From an uncultured bacterium (GTDB taxonomy: Bacteria; Omnitrophota; Omnitrophia; Omnitrophales; Aquincolibacteriaceae): a DNA stretch of 64,000 nt. The stretch is from assembly GCA_964373045.1 (NCBI GenBank), contig CAYJSI010000003.1, positions 9,030 through 73,029 on the forward strand, read 5' to 3'. Positions 12,525-21,905 of the stretch are shown here, piece by piece (the first letter of the stretch is position 1; the number at the start of each line of letters is the position of its first letter). A program made the position numbers and the translations under genes. The notes under the pieces are model-generated. The model searched no databases. It worked only from the letters and a program-made list of their open reading frames with translations, and was not told the DNA's origin.

Positions 12525-12962
12525 ATGGCCGAACGATTAGGAGAAACGTTTATACGGAAAAAGCTGGTGACGGCGGAGCAGCTTGAGGCGGCGTTGCAGG
12601 AGCAAAGTTATACCGGCGAATTTCTGGGCCAAATTTTAGTGAGGCTTGGTTTTGCCCAGGAAGAAGAATTATTGAAGGTCTTGGCGGAGCAATTCAATAC
12701 AAAATTTGTAAGCCTGGAGAAAGTGCCTGTGAATCCCACGGTGATCAAGCTTGTTCCGGGGAGTCTTGTCTTTGAACACGGATTTCTTCCCATTGAAATG
12801 CGCTCAGGAGTGCTTTTGGTGGCGATATCGAATCCGCTGGATGTGTGGCCTTTAAGTGTTCTTCAGGAAAAGCTGGGCCTCATCGAGGTTAGGACCGTTC
12901 TCGCCAAAAAATCCGATATCCAACAAGCCATTAAAAAATATTACGGCCCGAACCCCCTTTAA
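12525..12962 (+). CDS. Stand-alone GspE/PilB N-terminal (N1, GSPII_E_N-like) domain protein, 145 aa
   Basis: ATG 12525 with gagga RBS. Sequence parallels the N1 domain of the downstream ATPase (LGEFLGQILVRLGF.QEEEL vs IGKILVRKGYLREEDL; ends ..QQAIKKYYG vs ..ANAIRKYYG). No ATPase core. Confidence 0.7.
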   Translation: MAERLGETFIRKKLVTAEQLEAALQEQSYTGEFLGQILVRLGFAQEEELLKVLAEQFNTKFVSLEKVPVNPTVIKLVPGSLVFEHGFLPIEMRSGVLLVAISNPLDVWPLSVLQEKLGLIEVRTVLAKKSDIQQAIKKYYGPNPL

Positions 12963-12977
12963 AGCCTAGGAACGAGA

Positions 12978-14714
12978 ATGACAGACTGGTTTGAAGATGT
13001 CCTTCAAAAAAAGAAATTAGTCAGCGCCGAAAAGGTCCGCGAGGCCCAGGATGAGCAGAAAAAAAGCGGGGAGCCGATCGGGAAAATTTTAGTCCGCAAA
13101 GGTTACCTTCGCGAAGAAGATTTGGCGAGGACGCTCGCCGAAAAATTTCAGATGTCCTTTGTGCGCTTCAGTAAATTTCTCATCGCCAAGGAAGTGGTGG
13201 ATAAAGTCCCCGCCAAATTTGCCCTCCACTACAAAGTGGTTCCCATTAAATTTCACGACAATGTGCTGACTCTGGCCACCTCAGAACCCCAGGATATCCG
13301 GCTCCTCGACGAAGTCCGCATGGCCCTCAAGTCGCAATATCGCGTTCAGGCGGTCGTGGCGACGGAGTCTGACATCGCGAACGCCATTCGAAAATATTAC
13401 GGTCTCGGGGCCGAGACGGTGGAAGGCATGATTGAGCACGCTCAGGATAAAGGGGCCCCTCCCCAAGAAGAGTTGATCGATGAGAAAGTCGAGGACATCG
13501 AGAAGCTTGCGGGCGATGCCTCCATTGTGAAGCTGGTCAATCAAGTGATGCTTGAGGCCAACCGGAAGCGGGCGACCGACATTCATATCGAGCCTTACCG
13601 GGAAAAACTGCAGCTGCGATACCGCGTGGACGGTATCTTGTACCCCTCTGAAATTCCGGAAAGGATTCGCCGCTTTCTCCCCGCCATTATTTCCCGCATC
13701 AAGATCATGTCGAATCTTAACATTGTCGAAAGGCGTCTGCCCCAGGACGGCCGGGCCTCCATCAAAATCGGCCAGCATAAAATGGATCTACGTATCTCGA
13801 TCCTTCCGACGCCCCACGGTGAAAGTGTGGTGATCCGCATCCTTCCCACCTCCATGCTCTTTCGACTGCAGGCGCTGGGCTTAAGCGGCCGCCACTTAAA
13901 AATTTTAGAGGAGCTTATCGAAAAACCCTACGGCATTATTTTTGTGACGGGGCCGACGGGAGCGGGAAAATCGACCACCCTTTATGCCTCGCTTTCTAAA
14001 ATCAATACCTCGGAAAGAAAGATTATTACGATTGAGGATCCGATCGAGTACGAGCTGGAAGGAATCACGCAGATCCAAGTCATGCCCCAGATCGGATTGA
14101 CCTTTTCTCAGGGGCTCCGCAGCATGCTGCGTCATGATCCGTATGTGATGATGGGGGGGGAGGTGCGGGATTTTGAGACCGCGGAACTTGCCATCCGCAT
14201 TGCCTTAACGGGTCATCTGATTTTTTCTACGCTTCATACGAATGATGCGGCTAGCGCGGTGACCCGTCTCCTGGATATGGGTGTTGATCCTTTTCTTATT
14301 GTTTCTTCAGTGGAGTGCTTTATTGCTCAGCGTCTGGTCAGGCTCATCTGCGAGAAATGTAGGCGCGAGGATAAGCGGGGGCTCGCCGATGAGCTCAGGC
14401 GTGAGCTAGAAGAAATACAGAAAGCAGAGGGGATTAAGGAGCTTCAGCTTTCTGTGGGAGAGGGATGCGAAGAATGCAATATGAGCGGGTTTAAAGGCCG
14501 CACCGGTATCCATGAGTTTTTGGTACTCAGCCGCTCGATTAAAGAAATGATCATGAAGAAGGTCTCTGCCGATGACATCAAACGCCTTGCGGTGCAGCAG
14601 GGCATGAAGACGCTTCGCCAGGATGGCTGGAGAATAGTCCTCACGGGCCTGACCACGGTGGATGAAATCCTGCGCGTGACTCAAGTGGCTGCCGAAGAAG
14701 AAAACGTTGCCTAA
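12978..14714 (+). CDS. gspE: Type II secretion / type IV pilus assembly ATPase (GspE/PilB family)
   Basis: N1 domain, Walker A GPTGAGKSTTLYA, Asp/His boxes, tetracysteine zinc motif CEKC...CEEC. 578 aa. Confidence 0.9.
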   Translation: MTDWFEDVLQKKKLVSAEKVREAQDEQKKSGEPIGKILVRKGYLREEDLARTLAEKFQMSFVRFSKFLIAKEVVDKVPAKFALHYKVVPIKFHDNVLTLATSEPQDIRLLDEVRMALKSQYRVQAVVATESDIANAIRKYYGLGAETVEGMIEHAQDKGAPPQEELIDEKVEDIEKLAGDASIVKLVNQVMLEANRKRATDIHIEPYREKLQLRYRVDGILYPSEIPERIRRFLPAIISRIKIMSNLNIVERRLPQDGRASIKIGQHKMDLRISILPTPHGESVVIRILPTSMLFRLQALGLSGRHLKILEELIEKPYGIIFVTGPTGAGKSTTLYASLSKINTSERKIITIEDPIEYELEGITQIQVMPQIGLTFSQGLRSMLRHDPYVMMGGEVRDFETAELAIRIALTGHLIFSTLHTNDAASAVTRLLDMGVDPFLIVSSVECFIAQRLVRLICEKCRREDKRGLADELRRELEEIQKAEGIKELQLSVGEGCEECNMSGFKGRTGIHEFLVLSRSIKEMIMKKVSADDIKRLAVQQGMKTLRQDGWRIVLTGLTTVDEILRVTQVAAEEENVA

Positions 14715-14719
14715 TTACC

Positions 14720-15976
14720 ATGCCCCGGTTTATTTATCGCGCCAAAAAGGGCCCTACGGAGATTGTCGAAGGTGAAATTGAGGCCGAAAATGAGGATGCG
14801 GCGCTTGGAAAAATCGCGGCCCTTGGCCTTGTCCCCGTAAAATTAGAACCCATCTCAAAGGAGTCTCCGAGCCCCTCCGCGGCTCAGCCCACAGAATCAG
14901 AGGAGGGCGTTCGGCTCTCTTTTGCCACGCGGGCGAAACTTCGAATTTCGCATCGGGATTTCACCCTCTTCACACGCCAATTTTCTATCCTGCTCAAGGC
15001 GAATGTCCCGCTCCTAAGAATCTTTCAGGTTCTTCAAACGCAGACGCAAAGCGAAAAATTTAAATTGGCCCTTCGCGATATGCAAACTTCGCTTCGTGAA
15101 GGAGGGAGTCTATCAGAGGTTCTGGGCCAGTATAGCCGTGTTTTCTCCCAAATTTTTATCAGCATGGTTCACGCCGGTGAAGTAAGCGGAACACTCGACA
15201 AAGTCCTCGGCCAGCTTGCCCTCTTTTCAGAAAAAGAAGCAGAAATTCGTTCCCGCGTACAGTCTGCCCTGATTTATCCTTTGTTTTTGCTTCTGGTGGG
15301 GATCGCGACCATTTTTATCCTGCTTACCTTTGTCATGCCGCGGTTGATGGGTCTTTTTACCGATTTGGGGACTGAGCTGCCTTTACCCACACGCTTGATT
15401 ATCCGGGTAAGTAAGTTCTGCCAAGCCTACTGGCTGATTATTTTGGGGGCGGTGGGAGCCCTCAGTGCCTGGTTACGCACCGCCGGGCTCTCGGCAGGTC
15501 AGAAAAAAGCGTTGGATCGCCTGATGCTCCGCCTGCCTTTGGTGGGACGATTGATCGAAAAGGCGGAGGTGGCGCGATTCCTCCGCTCTCTCGAGCTCCT
15601 CTATGAAAACGGAATCCCTCTTTTCCGCGCGGTTGAAGTGGCGGGATACACTATTGCCAACGCGGTCATCCGCGAAGAAATTGAGAAGATTCCTACACGT
15701 TTAGAAGGCGGCTCCTCTCTTGCAAAGAGTCTGGAGGGGGCCTCGTACATCTCAAGCTTTGTGACCAATATGGTGTCTGTGGGAGAGGAATCCGGAGAGT
15801 TAGGGACCGCCGTCCGAGAAGTTGCTTCTTATTATGAGCAAGAGACTGATCAATTTGTCAAGATTGCCACCTCTCTCGTCGAGCCTTTCATGATCCTCGT
15901 GATCGGTGTTATCGTTGGATTTATTGTCATTGCGATGCTCCTTCCTATTTTCGAAATCCATGTCCTCGCGCAGTAA
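14720..15976 (+). CDS. gspF: Inner-membrane platform protein GspF/PilC
   Basis: N-terminus MPRFIYRAK..G...G.IEAENEDAALGKIAALGLVP is typical of GspF. Duplicated T2SSF domains with TM segments. 418 aa. Confidence 0.9.
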   Translation: MPRFIYRAKKGPTEIVEGEIEAENEDAALGKIAALGLVPVKLEPISKESPSPSAAQPTESEEGVRLSFATRAKLRISHRDFTLFTRQFSILLKANVPLLRIFQVLQTQTQSEKFKLALRDMQTSLREGGSLSEVLGQYSRVFSQIFISMVHAGEVSGTLDKVLGQLALFSEKEAEIRSRVQSALIYPLFLLLVGIATIFILLTFVMPRLMGLFTDLGTELPLPTRLIIRVSKFCQAYWLIILGAVGALSAWLRTAGLSAGQKKALDRLMLRLPLVGRLIEKAEVARFLRSLELLYENGIPLFRAVEVAGYTIANAVIREEIEKIPTRLEGGSSLAKSLEGASYISSFVTNMVSVGEESGELGTAVREVASYYEQETDQFVKIATSLVEPFMILVIGVIVGFIVIAMLLPIFEIHVLAQ

Positions 15977-16388
15977 TGAACAGGGCTTTACGCTCCTTGA
16001 AGTTTTAATCGCCATCGTTATTTTTGCGGGCGGTGTCGTGCTTGTCATCGAAGGCATGGGGCGAAGCCAGCAGGCCTTTGCCATCGCGCAGAATCTTATT
16101 AGGGCTGTCGAGATCGGTGAAAGTAAGATTATGGAGTCCAAGCTCAGCCTTTTTCAGGATCACAAGCTCTCGAGCGGCTTAACACGGGGGGATGAAAAAT
16201 GGCTCGGCCGGGAATTTGAATGGACAAAGGAAACGCGTCCTCATCGGGATCTTAAACTCAAAGATACTACGAAATTGAATAAAGTGGATGTGGCCGTCAC
16301 CTGGCGGGAAGGCCAGCGCCATAACGACCTCCTCTTTTCAGCCCTTTTTTTAAATCGCGAAAAAAAGGAAAATCTTCAAAGTTCATGA
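15960..16388 (+). CDS. Minor pseudopilin (prepilin-type N-terminal cleavage/methylation domain)
   Basis: ATG 15960 overlaps the gspF 3' end by 17 nt. Class III signal QGFTLLEVLIAIVIFAGGVVLV (G|FTLxE). Confidence 0.75.
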   Translation: MSSRSNEQGFTLLEVLIAIVIFAGGVVLVIEGMGRSQQAFAIAQNLIRAVEIGESKIMESKLSLFQDHKLSSGLTRGDEKWLGREFEWTKETRPHRDLKLKDTTKLNKVDVAVTWREGQRHNDLLFSALFLNREKKENLQSS

Positions 16389-17029
16389 ACACCCGTCGTT
16401 TTTCAAAAGGGTTTACTTTGATCGAGACCTTGCTCGCAATCACGCTCTTTGCGGTTGTCATGGCGGCAAGTTACCGCGTCTTCGCCATGGGAATTCAAAT
16501 CTGGCAGAGGACGCAGGGTTCCTACACGGCAGAGCGCAAGGCCGTTTTGGCCCTGGAAAAGATGATCCAAAAGGTGCGCGCGGTTACTCGAATTGAAAAA
16601 ATCGACAAATTCTCAGGCAAGGATTCCCTTTATGAAGGCGATCAGGACGGGTTTACGCTGCCGGCGACGGTGGAAAATTCAAATGCCGTTTATAAGCCGA
16701 TTTTGCAATTTGGACGAATCGGGTTCTACTGGGACCGAAACCGCGACCAGCTCTGCGAAACTCAAGAAAGCGCCACCGACCTTTACCTCCGCCGCAAACC
16801 GCCTTGCAGAGTGCTGGCAGAATATGTCAAAAAGGTTGACTTCCGGTACTGGCTTTACAGAAGTCTTGGCGAGAGCTACTCCTGGTATGATGACTGGGAT
16901 TCTTCCGACGGCCTTCCTCAAGCGATTCAGGTAACGCTTGAAATTGAAATACCCGTCGATAAAACCGCAGGTTCTCTGGAACGCCGTTATCAGCGCATGA
17001 TTTGGGTGCCGGTGGGAGGAAAAACGTGA
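16385..17029 (+). CDS. Minor pseudopilin (GspJ/GspI-like)
   Basis: Prepilin motif KGFTLIETLLAITLFAVVMA. ATGA overlap with the upstream gene. Confidence 0.7.
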   Translation: MNTRRFSKGFTLIETLLAITLFAVVMAASYRVFAMGIQIWQRTQGSYTAERKAVLALEKMIQKVRAVTRIEKIDKFSGKDSLYEGDQDGFTLPATVENSNAVYKPILQFGRIGFYWDRNRDQLCETQESATDLYLRRKPPCRVLAEYVKKVDFRYWLYRSLGESYSWYDDWDSSDGLPQAIQVTLEIEIPVDKTAGSLERRYQRMIWVPVGGKT

Positions 17030-18048
17030 AAGAGCGGGGAAGTGTTTTAATTGCCGTGCTCTGGATCCTTGGGATGCTTACGGTTTTTACGGTGGCCGTC
17101 AACCGGCGTGCCTCGGCCGAACTTGTTTTCGGGCAGTGGGTGAAGGATCGTGTCCTTTCGCGGCTTTTAGCCGAAAGCGGAATCGAGCGCGCCCTTTTGG
17201 AACTTCAATCCGATCCCTTTAAGACCTTTGATGCGTGGAATGAGTCTTGGGGTTCGAATCCGGATGCCTTTCAGGAGATTGGGCTCGGGGCGGGGAGCTT
17301 TTCTGTGATCTGCGAAATGGGGCAAAGAGATTCTTCAAAAAAAGAAGCATCCTCTCACCGCTACGGCGTCTGTGATGAGGCCTCGCGCCTGAACATCAAT
17401 ACGGCCTCGGAAGAGACCTTAAGAAATCTTCTCCTGGCCATTTTTCCCAATCTTGATGCCAAAAAAGCAACTGCCATCGTGCAAGCTATCCTCGATTGGC
17501 GGGATCCGGATGACCAGGGGCTTACTTTCGGCGCGGAGGCCCGTTATTACCATGAATTAAAGGATCCCTATGAACCCCGTAACGGTCCTTTTCAGTCGAC
17601 GGACGAACTTTTGATGGTGCGAGGGATTGAAACTGAATTTTTCAATCAAATAAAGGCGTTTGTGACCGTCTATAGCCAGGGCAAGGTGAATTTCAATACT
17701 GCCCCAACGCCTGTTTTACAGGCCTTGGGCCTCAGCCTGGCATTGGCCGAAAAAGTGGCCGCCTTTCGCTTGGGCGCGGACGGAAAGGAAGGGACCAAGG
17801 ACGATGAAGTTTTCCAGCACATTGATGGGATTACCCCCGCCTTGAGCGTGGCCGGCTCATTTTCTTCGGAAGATTTTCAGCAAATCGCAAACGCCATTGC
17901 CAAAGGGTACGTGACGGTGAATTCCTCTGTGTATAGAATTCAATCAATCGGCCGTTTAATTAAGCAGGATAAAGCGCTCGACACGCTGATCCTCTGCGTC
18001 GTTAATCGGGACGGGACCGTCCTTTATTGGCACGAAGGAGAAGATTGA
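17026..18048 (+). CDS. gspK: GspK-like minor pseudopilin
   Basis: GTG 17026 overlapping the previous stop, GGAGG RBS. N-terminus RGSVLIAVLWILGMLTVFTVAV typical of GspK. ~340 aa. Confidence 0.7.
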   Translation: MKERGSVLIAVLWILGMLTVFTVAVNRRASAELVFGQWVKDRVLSRLLAESGIERALLELQSDPFKTFDAWNESWGSNPDAFQEIGLGAGSFSVICEMGQRDSSKKEASSHRYGVCDEASRLNINTASEETLRNLLLAIFPNLDAKKATAIVQAILDWRDPDDQGLTFGAEARYYHELKDPYEPRNGPFQSTDELLMVRGIETEFFNQIKAFVTVYSQGKVNFNTAPTPVLQALGLSLALAEKVAAFRLGADGKEGTKDDEVFQHIDGITPALSVAGSFSSEDFQQIANAIAKGYVTVNSSVYRIQSIGRLIKQDKALDTLILCVVNRDGTVLYWHEGED

Positions 18049-18055
18049 TTTTTCC

Positions 18056-19612
18056 ATGGTAAAATTTTCTATTCCAAAATTTTCATTCCCGAGACTTCCC
18101 TTTCCGACTCCGGGATTGGCGAAGAAGGAAAATGTCCTGATCCTTGAAATTGGCGAGGAATGGATCAAGCTTGCCGGGATCGAGGGGGGGGTTAAGAAAG
18201 AAACGCTGACTTGTCTCGGGGCCGAAGCCGTTCCGGGGCTCTCCGAGCTCGAGAGCAGTCAGAAGATCGGTGCCTTTTTAAAATCGAAATCCTTCAAGCC
18301 GGCTCACGTCGTAATGAGTCATCCGGCGCACCAATTAACGACACGCATCCTCGCCCTTCCTTCCACAGATCCCAAGGAGATCAAAGATATCTTGGACCTT
18401 CAGGCGGTCAAGCAGACTCCCTACGCCAAAGAAGAAATCACGCTTGGTTTCCGCATCCTGGGTAGCGACACGTCCGGTTACTCCCGCGTTTTACTTGCCA
18501 TCTCTCATCGCGATGTTGCCCTCCGGTACTTTCGCATTGCTGAACTCGCCAATCTTCCCGTCGAAAAAATGACCCTTTCCATAGAAGGAACCATCGGCTG
18601 GTATCGGCGCACCAGGGCTAAAGAGGCGGTGGAGGGAGGCCAGGTGGTACTCTTGCTCGATATGGATTGGCTCAGCACTGACTTTCTCATTTTTCGGGGG
18701 GAGAATATACTTTTTACGCGAAGTCTTGGGCTCGGCGCGAAACACCTCAAAGAGGGAGGGGCCACACGCGAAGGAGAACTTCTGCGCGAAATCCAACTTT
18801 CCATGGAGTCCGGCCAAGCGGAATTGAAGGGGGAGTGCATCACCCATGTGGCCTTGGCGGGGATGGGGGAGTCCTTTAAAGATCTTTTGGCCGCGCTCTC
18901 GCGGGAGCTTAATCTTCCCTGTGAAGTCGTGGGGTCGCTACCGGCGATCAAAGAATCACTTTCCTTTGCAAGCGGAGTGGACATTCCTCAGGAAGCTGGC
19001 TCCTTTTCTTCCATCCTCGGCTTAGCCCTCGATCATGCCGCAACACCGATTAACCTTGTTCCCTCCGAAATCGAAGTGCGTCGTGAGCTCGAAGGCAGGG
19101 CGAAGGATCTCGGGTTTTTCGGAACCTTGTTATTGATCTTGATCATGCTCATTTCGGTAAGCAGCTTCATTAAAATTTACAAGCGCAGCCAGTATCTTCA
19201 TACCCTTCGCCGGGAGTATGCCTCCATCGAAAAATCCGCCCTTGAGGTTGAGCGCGTGGTCGCTAAGATGAAATTAGCACAGGAGCAAATGAGCGCCCGA
19301 GCTGGTTTTCTGGATGTTCTGCAAGATGTCAGCCATGTGCTCTCGAACAATACCTACCTTCATTCCATTCAGTTTCAAGATCAAGACAGGGCCGTAACTT
19401 TTCGAGGGGTCTCGGAAGAAATGTCTTCCGTTTTTCAGCTTCTTTCGACTCTGGAGGGAACACCTCACCTTGAGGCTGTCAAAACAAGAAACGTCACCAA
19501 GACCAAAATGGATGAAAAGGATATGTCCGAGTTTGAGATTGTGGCCACGATTACCGAGCCAGCGAATGAGACGGCCATGAAGGCATCGACGGTACCTGCG
19601 GGAATACCATGA
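18056..19612 (+). CDS. GspL-like / PilM-PilN fusion-type assembly protein (cytoplasmic actin-like domain, one TM helix, periplasmic domain)
   Basis: 518 aa. Internal TM LGFFGTLLLILIMLISVSSFI at ~aa 345-365. Cytoplasmic N-terminal region of PilM/GspL length. Gene context. Confidence 0.55.
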   Translation: MVKFSIPKFSFPRLPFPTPGLAKKENVLILEIGEEWIKLAGIEGGVKKETLTCLGAEAVPGLSELESSQKIGAFLKSKSFKPAHVVMSHPAHQLTTRILALPSTDPKEIKDILDLQAVKQTPYAKEEITLGFRILGSDTSGYSRVLLAISHRDVALRYFRIAELANLPVEKMTLSIEGTIGWYRRTRAKEAVEGGQVVLLLDMDWLSTDFLIFRGENILFTRSLGLGAKHLKEGGATREGELLREIQLSMESGQAELKGECITHVALAGMGESFKDLLAALSRELNLPCEVVGSLPAIKESLSFASGVDIPQEAGSFSSILGLALDHAATPINLVPSEIEVRRELEGRAKDLGFFGTLLLILIMLISVSSFIKIYKRSQYLHTLRREYASIEKSALEVERVVAKMKLAQEQMSARAGFLDVLQDVSHVLSNNTYLHSIQFQDQDRAVTFRGVSEEMSSVFQLLSTLEGTPHLEAVKTRNVTKTKMDEKDMSEFEIVATITEPANETAMKASTVPAGIP

Positions 19613-20148
19613 AGATCCTGGACAAACTTTCAGCGCGGGAAAAGAAGATAGCTTATACGGTCGTTGCCCTCCTCATCCTCGTCTTTGGTTATCGGGGAAT
19701 TTGGCGCCCCTTCATCGAAAAATTGACGTCTATGGATGGAGAAATCTTTACGATGCAGCTTAAGCTTCGCAAGGCCAAGACCTTTATCCTCCAGCGTGAG
19801 CAGGTGATGGAGGAGGCCAAGAAATATCCCAACCTCGAGCAAATGGATGCAGGTTCGGACGAGCAGGAGATTGCGCGGCTTTTAAATTTGCTCGAGCAAA
19901 AAGCCCGCCGCCTAGGGGTCTCAATTTCAGATGTGAAGCCGAACCAGCTTTTGTCCGATAAGATATCGAAGCGGTTTATGGTCGAGTTGAATGCAGAATG
20001 TGAACTTGGCCAGCTTGTGGACTTCATCTATGAGCTCCAAAATGCCCCCGAGCGTCTTAAGATTGATCGTATTGAGGTGGCTACCAAAGAGGATAAATCA
20101 GCCGTCCTGCGTTCTTCATTTGTGGTCACGAGAGTTGTGGTTAAATGA
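19609..20148 (+). CDS. GspM/PilO-like bitopic membrane protein
   Basis: N-terminal TM IAYTVVALLILVFGY followed by a periplasmic domain. Position after the GspL-like gene. ATGA overlap. Confidence 0.45.
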   Translation: MKILDKLSAREKKIAYTVVALLILVFGYRGIWRPFIEKLTSMDGEIFTMQLKLRKAKTFILQREQVMEEAKKYPNLEQMDAGSDEQEIARLLNLLEQKARRLGVSISDVKPNQLLSDKISKRFMVELNAECELGQLVDFIYELQNAPERLKIDRIEVATKEDKSAVLRSSFVVTRVVVK

Positions 20149-20164
20149 ACATGAGGAGGTTTCG

Positions 20165-20599
20165 ATGTCACACGACGTGTTAAAAAATTCGGCGAGGGGT
20201 TTCACTCTCATCGAAATTCTTCTTGTGGTTATTATTATAGGCATTCTTGTTTCCCTTGTGGCCCCACGGCTTGCGGGTCGCTCTGAGGAGGCGCGCAAAC
20301 AGGCGACGCGAGCAGATATCGATGGCGGGCTTTCCCTTGCGTTGGACCTCTATGAAGTCGATAACGGACGATATCCCCATCAGTTGGATGATCTTGTGAA
20401 CAAACCTTCCGGTGCCCCCAACTGGAAAGGCCCTTATTTGAAAAAAGGTCTTTCACCAGATCCGTGGGGAGGTGATTATCGTTATCGCATGCCCGGATCA
20501 AATAACACCACCGGCTATGATCTTTATTCCGTAGGACCCGACAAGCAGGAAGGAACACAAGATGACGTGGTGAACTGGAAAGTTGTGGCACCCTATTAA
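20165..20599 (+). CDS. gspG: Major pseudopilin GspG
   Basis: ATG 20165 with gaggagg RBS. RGFTLIEILLVVIIIGILVSLVAPR, LDLYEVDNGRYP, GPYLKK, DPWGGDYRY, YDLYSVGPD all match the GspG family. Confidence 0.9.
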   Translation: MSHDVLKNSARGFTLIEILLVVIIIGILVSLVAPRLAGRSEEARKQATRADIDGGLSLALDLYEVDNGRYPHQLDDLVNKPSGAPNWKGPYLKKGLSPDPWGGDYRYRMPGSNNTTGYDLYSVGPDKQEGTQDDVVNWKVVAPY

Positions 20600-20964
20600 T
20601 GGAAAAGAAAATTTTAGTCATTGATGACGAACTCTCTATTGGGGAACTGATCAAAGATTTCCTGGACGGATCAGGCTATACGACCTTCATTGCCACCAAT
20701 GCGATGCAGGGGATTGAAATTGTCAGGGCGGAAAGGCCCGCGTTGGTCTTGGTGGATATCCTGATGCCGGAGATCAGCGGGCTGGAATGCCTGAAACGGA
20801 TCAAGCAATTGTATCCCGAGACGATCGTCATTATCGTGACGGGGTTGCAGGATGAGCAGGTGGCCAAACAAGCCATCCGGCAAGGGGCCTATGATTACAT
20901 CCTTAAGCCCTTTAACCTTGACTACCTTGAAAAGAGTATCCTCAGCAGGATCTTCCCTTCTTAA
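20599..20964 (+). CDS. Single-domain CheY-like response regulator receiver
   Basis: ILVIDDE...LVLVDILMP...IVTGL...KPF receiver motifs. 121 aa. TAATG overlap with gspG. Confidence 0.85.
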   Translation: MEKKILVIDDELSIGELIKDFLDGSGYTTFIATNAMQGIEIVRAERPALVLVDILMPEISGLECLKRIKQLYPETIVIIVTGLQDEQVAKQAIRQGAYDYILKPFNLDYLEKSILSRIFPS

Positions 20965-20980
20965 GTGAGTGGTTCCGGAA

Positions 20981-21775
20981 TTAAGAGGTGGTGCGGACAA
21001 GGTCTGAGGCCTCGCCGTAAGTGTAATTATCTTCCTGAATCAGATGAAGGATAACCTCGTCCGGACCTGAAGCGCCGGTGATGACACTTTCCGCGTCTTC
21101 TTTCTCGAATCCCGCCTGCACAAGCCGGCTGATCAAAATGGGTTTATCTTCTTCGAACTTCCTTTGATCATCCGGGGCAAAATAAAAGGGGTTGTTGGCG
21201 AGGGAGGGGCGTAGATTTGATTTTGTCTTAGTTTCCTCCTCGGCCACGGGTTTCATGGCCTCCTCCACCTTCTTCTGGGCCTTTTCATCCATTTCCTTGT
21301 ACATTTCCTCAAGCCGCTTTTCATCCTGCGTGGTGAGGTCTCCCTCGATGCGGGATTCCAGCATCCCTTCAAGCCGCGGGGTTTTTTCCTTAGGCTCCTC
21401 AATCCTCCGCTTCTCATAATTACTCGGCAGGACGGATACTCCCGATTCCAATAAATCCTCTTCCTCCGGTCCTGCTGTCAAAAGAGCCTCTTCGGCGTCC
21501 TGCCTTGCAACGGTGCTTCGGGCTGCATCGGTTGTCGTGGTGAGGATAGCATCCAGCTGGGATTGGTAGGTGCCCGAGGAGGTGGTCCCGCCTGTCGCCT
21601 GCCTTAAAAGATTCAGATGTTGAGTACTCTTGACCTCGTCGCGTGCGTAGGCCCATTCCAGAGAAATAACCCCTGCGGAGAAGATGAAAAGAAAAATTCC
21701 TGCCATCACAACGCCGACGCTCTTAAGAGGCATTCTACCGAAGTCTTCATTCATTGAAATGGATTTAATCATACC
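20981..21775 (-). CDS. Hypothetical membrane-anchored protein with an acidic coiled-coil C-terminal region
   Basis: Longest minus-strand ORF in the window. Chosen start MIKSISMNEDFGRMPLKSVGVVMAGIFLFIFSAGVI (signal-anchor). No recognisable family. The start codon choice is uncertain. Confidence 0.45.
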   Translation of the reverse strand, partial: GMIKSISMNEDFGRMPLKSVGVVMAGIFLFIFSAGVISLEWAYARDEVKSTQHLNLLRQATGGTTSSGTYQSQLDAILTTTTDAARSTVARQDAEEALLTAGPEEEDLLESGVSVLPSNYEKRRIEEPKEKTPRLEGMLESRIEGDLTTQDEKRLEEMYKEMDEKAQKKVEEAMKPVAEEETKTKSNLRPSLANNPFYFAPDDQRKFEEDKPILISRLVQAGFEKEDAESVITGASGPDEVILHLIQEDNYTYGEASDLVRTTS

Positions 21776-21905
21776 ATAATCATTATCGCCCTCTTCAAGG
21801 ATTAGTTGATAGGGCTTGTGGGACCCCTGGGTATTCTTAAGATTTGGCCGGAATTCGCCGATGATTAGGGGGAACTCAAGGAAGGAGTGTCTCTTGAAGC
21901 AGAAA

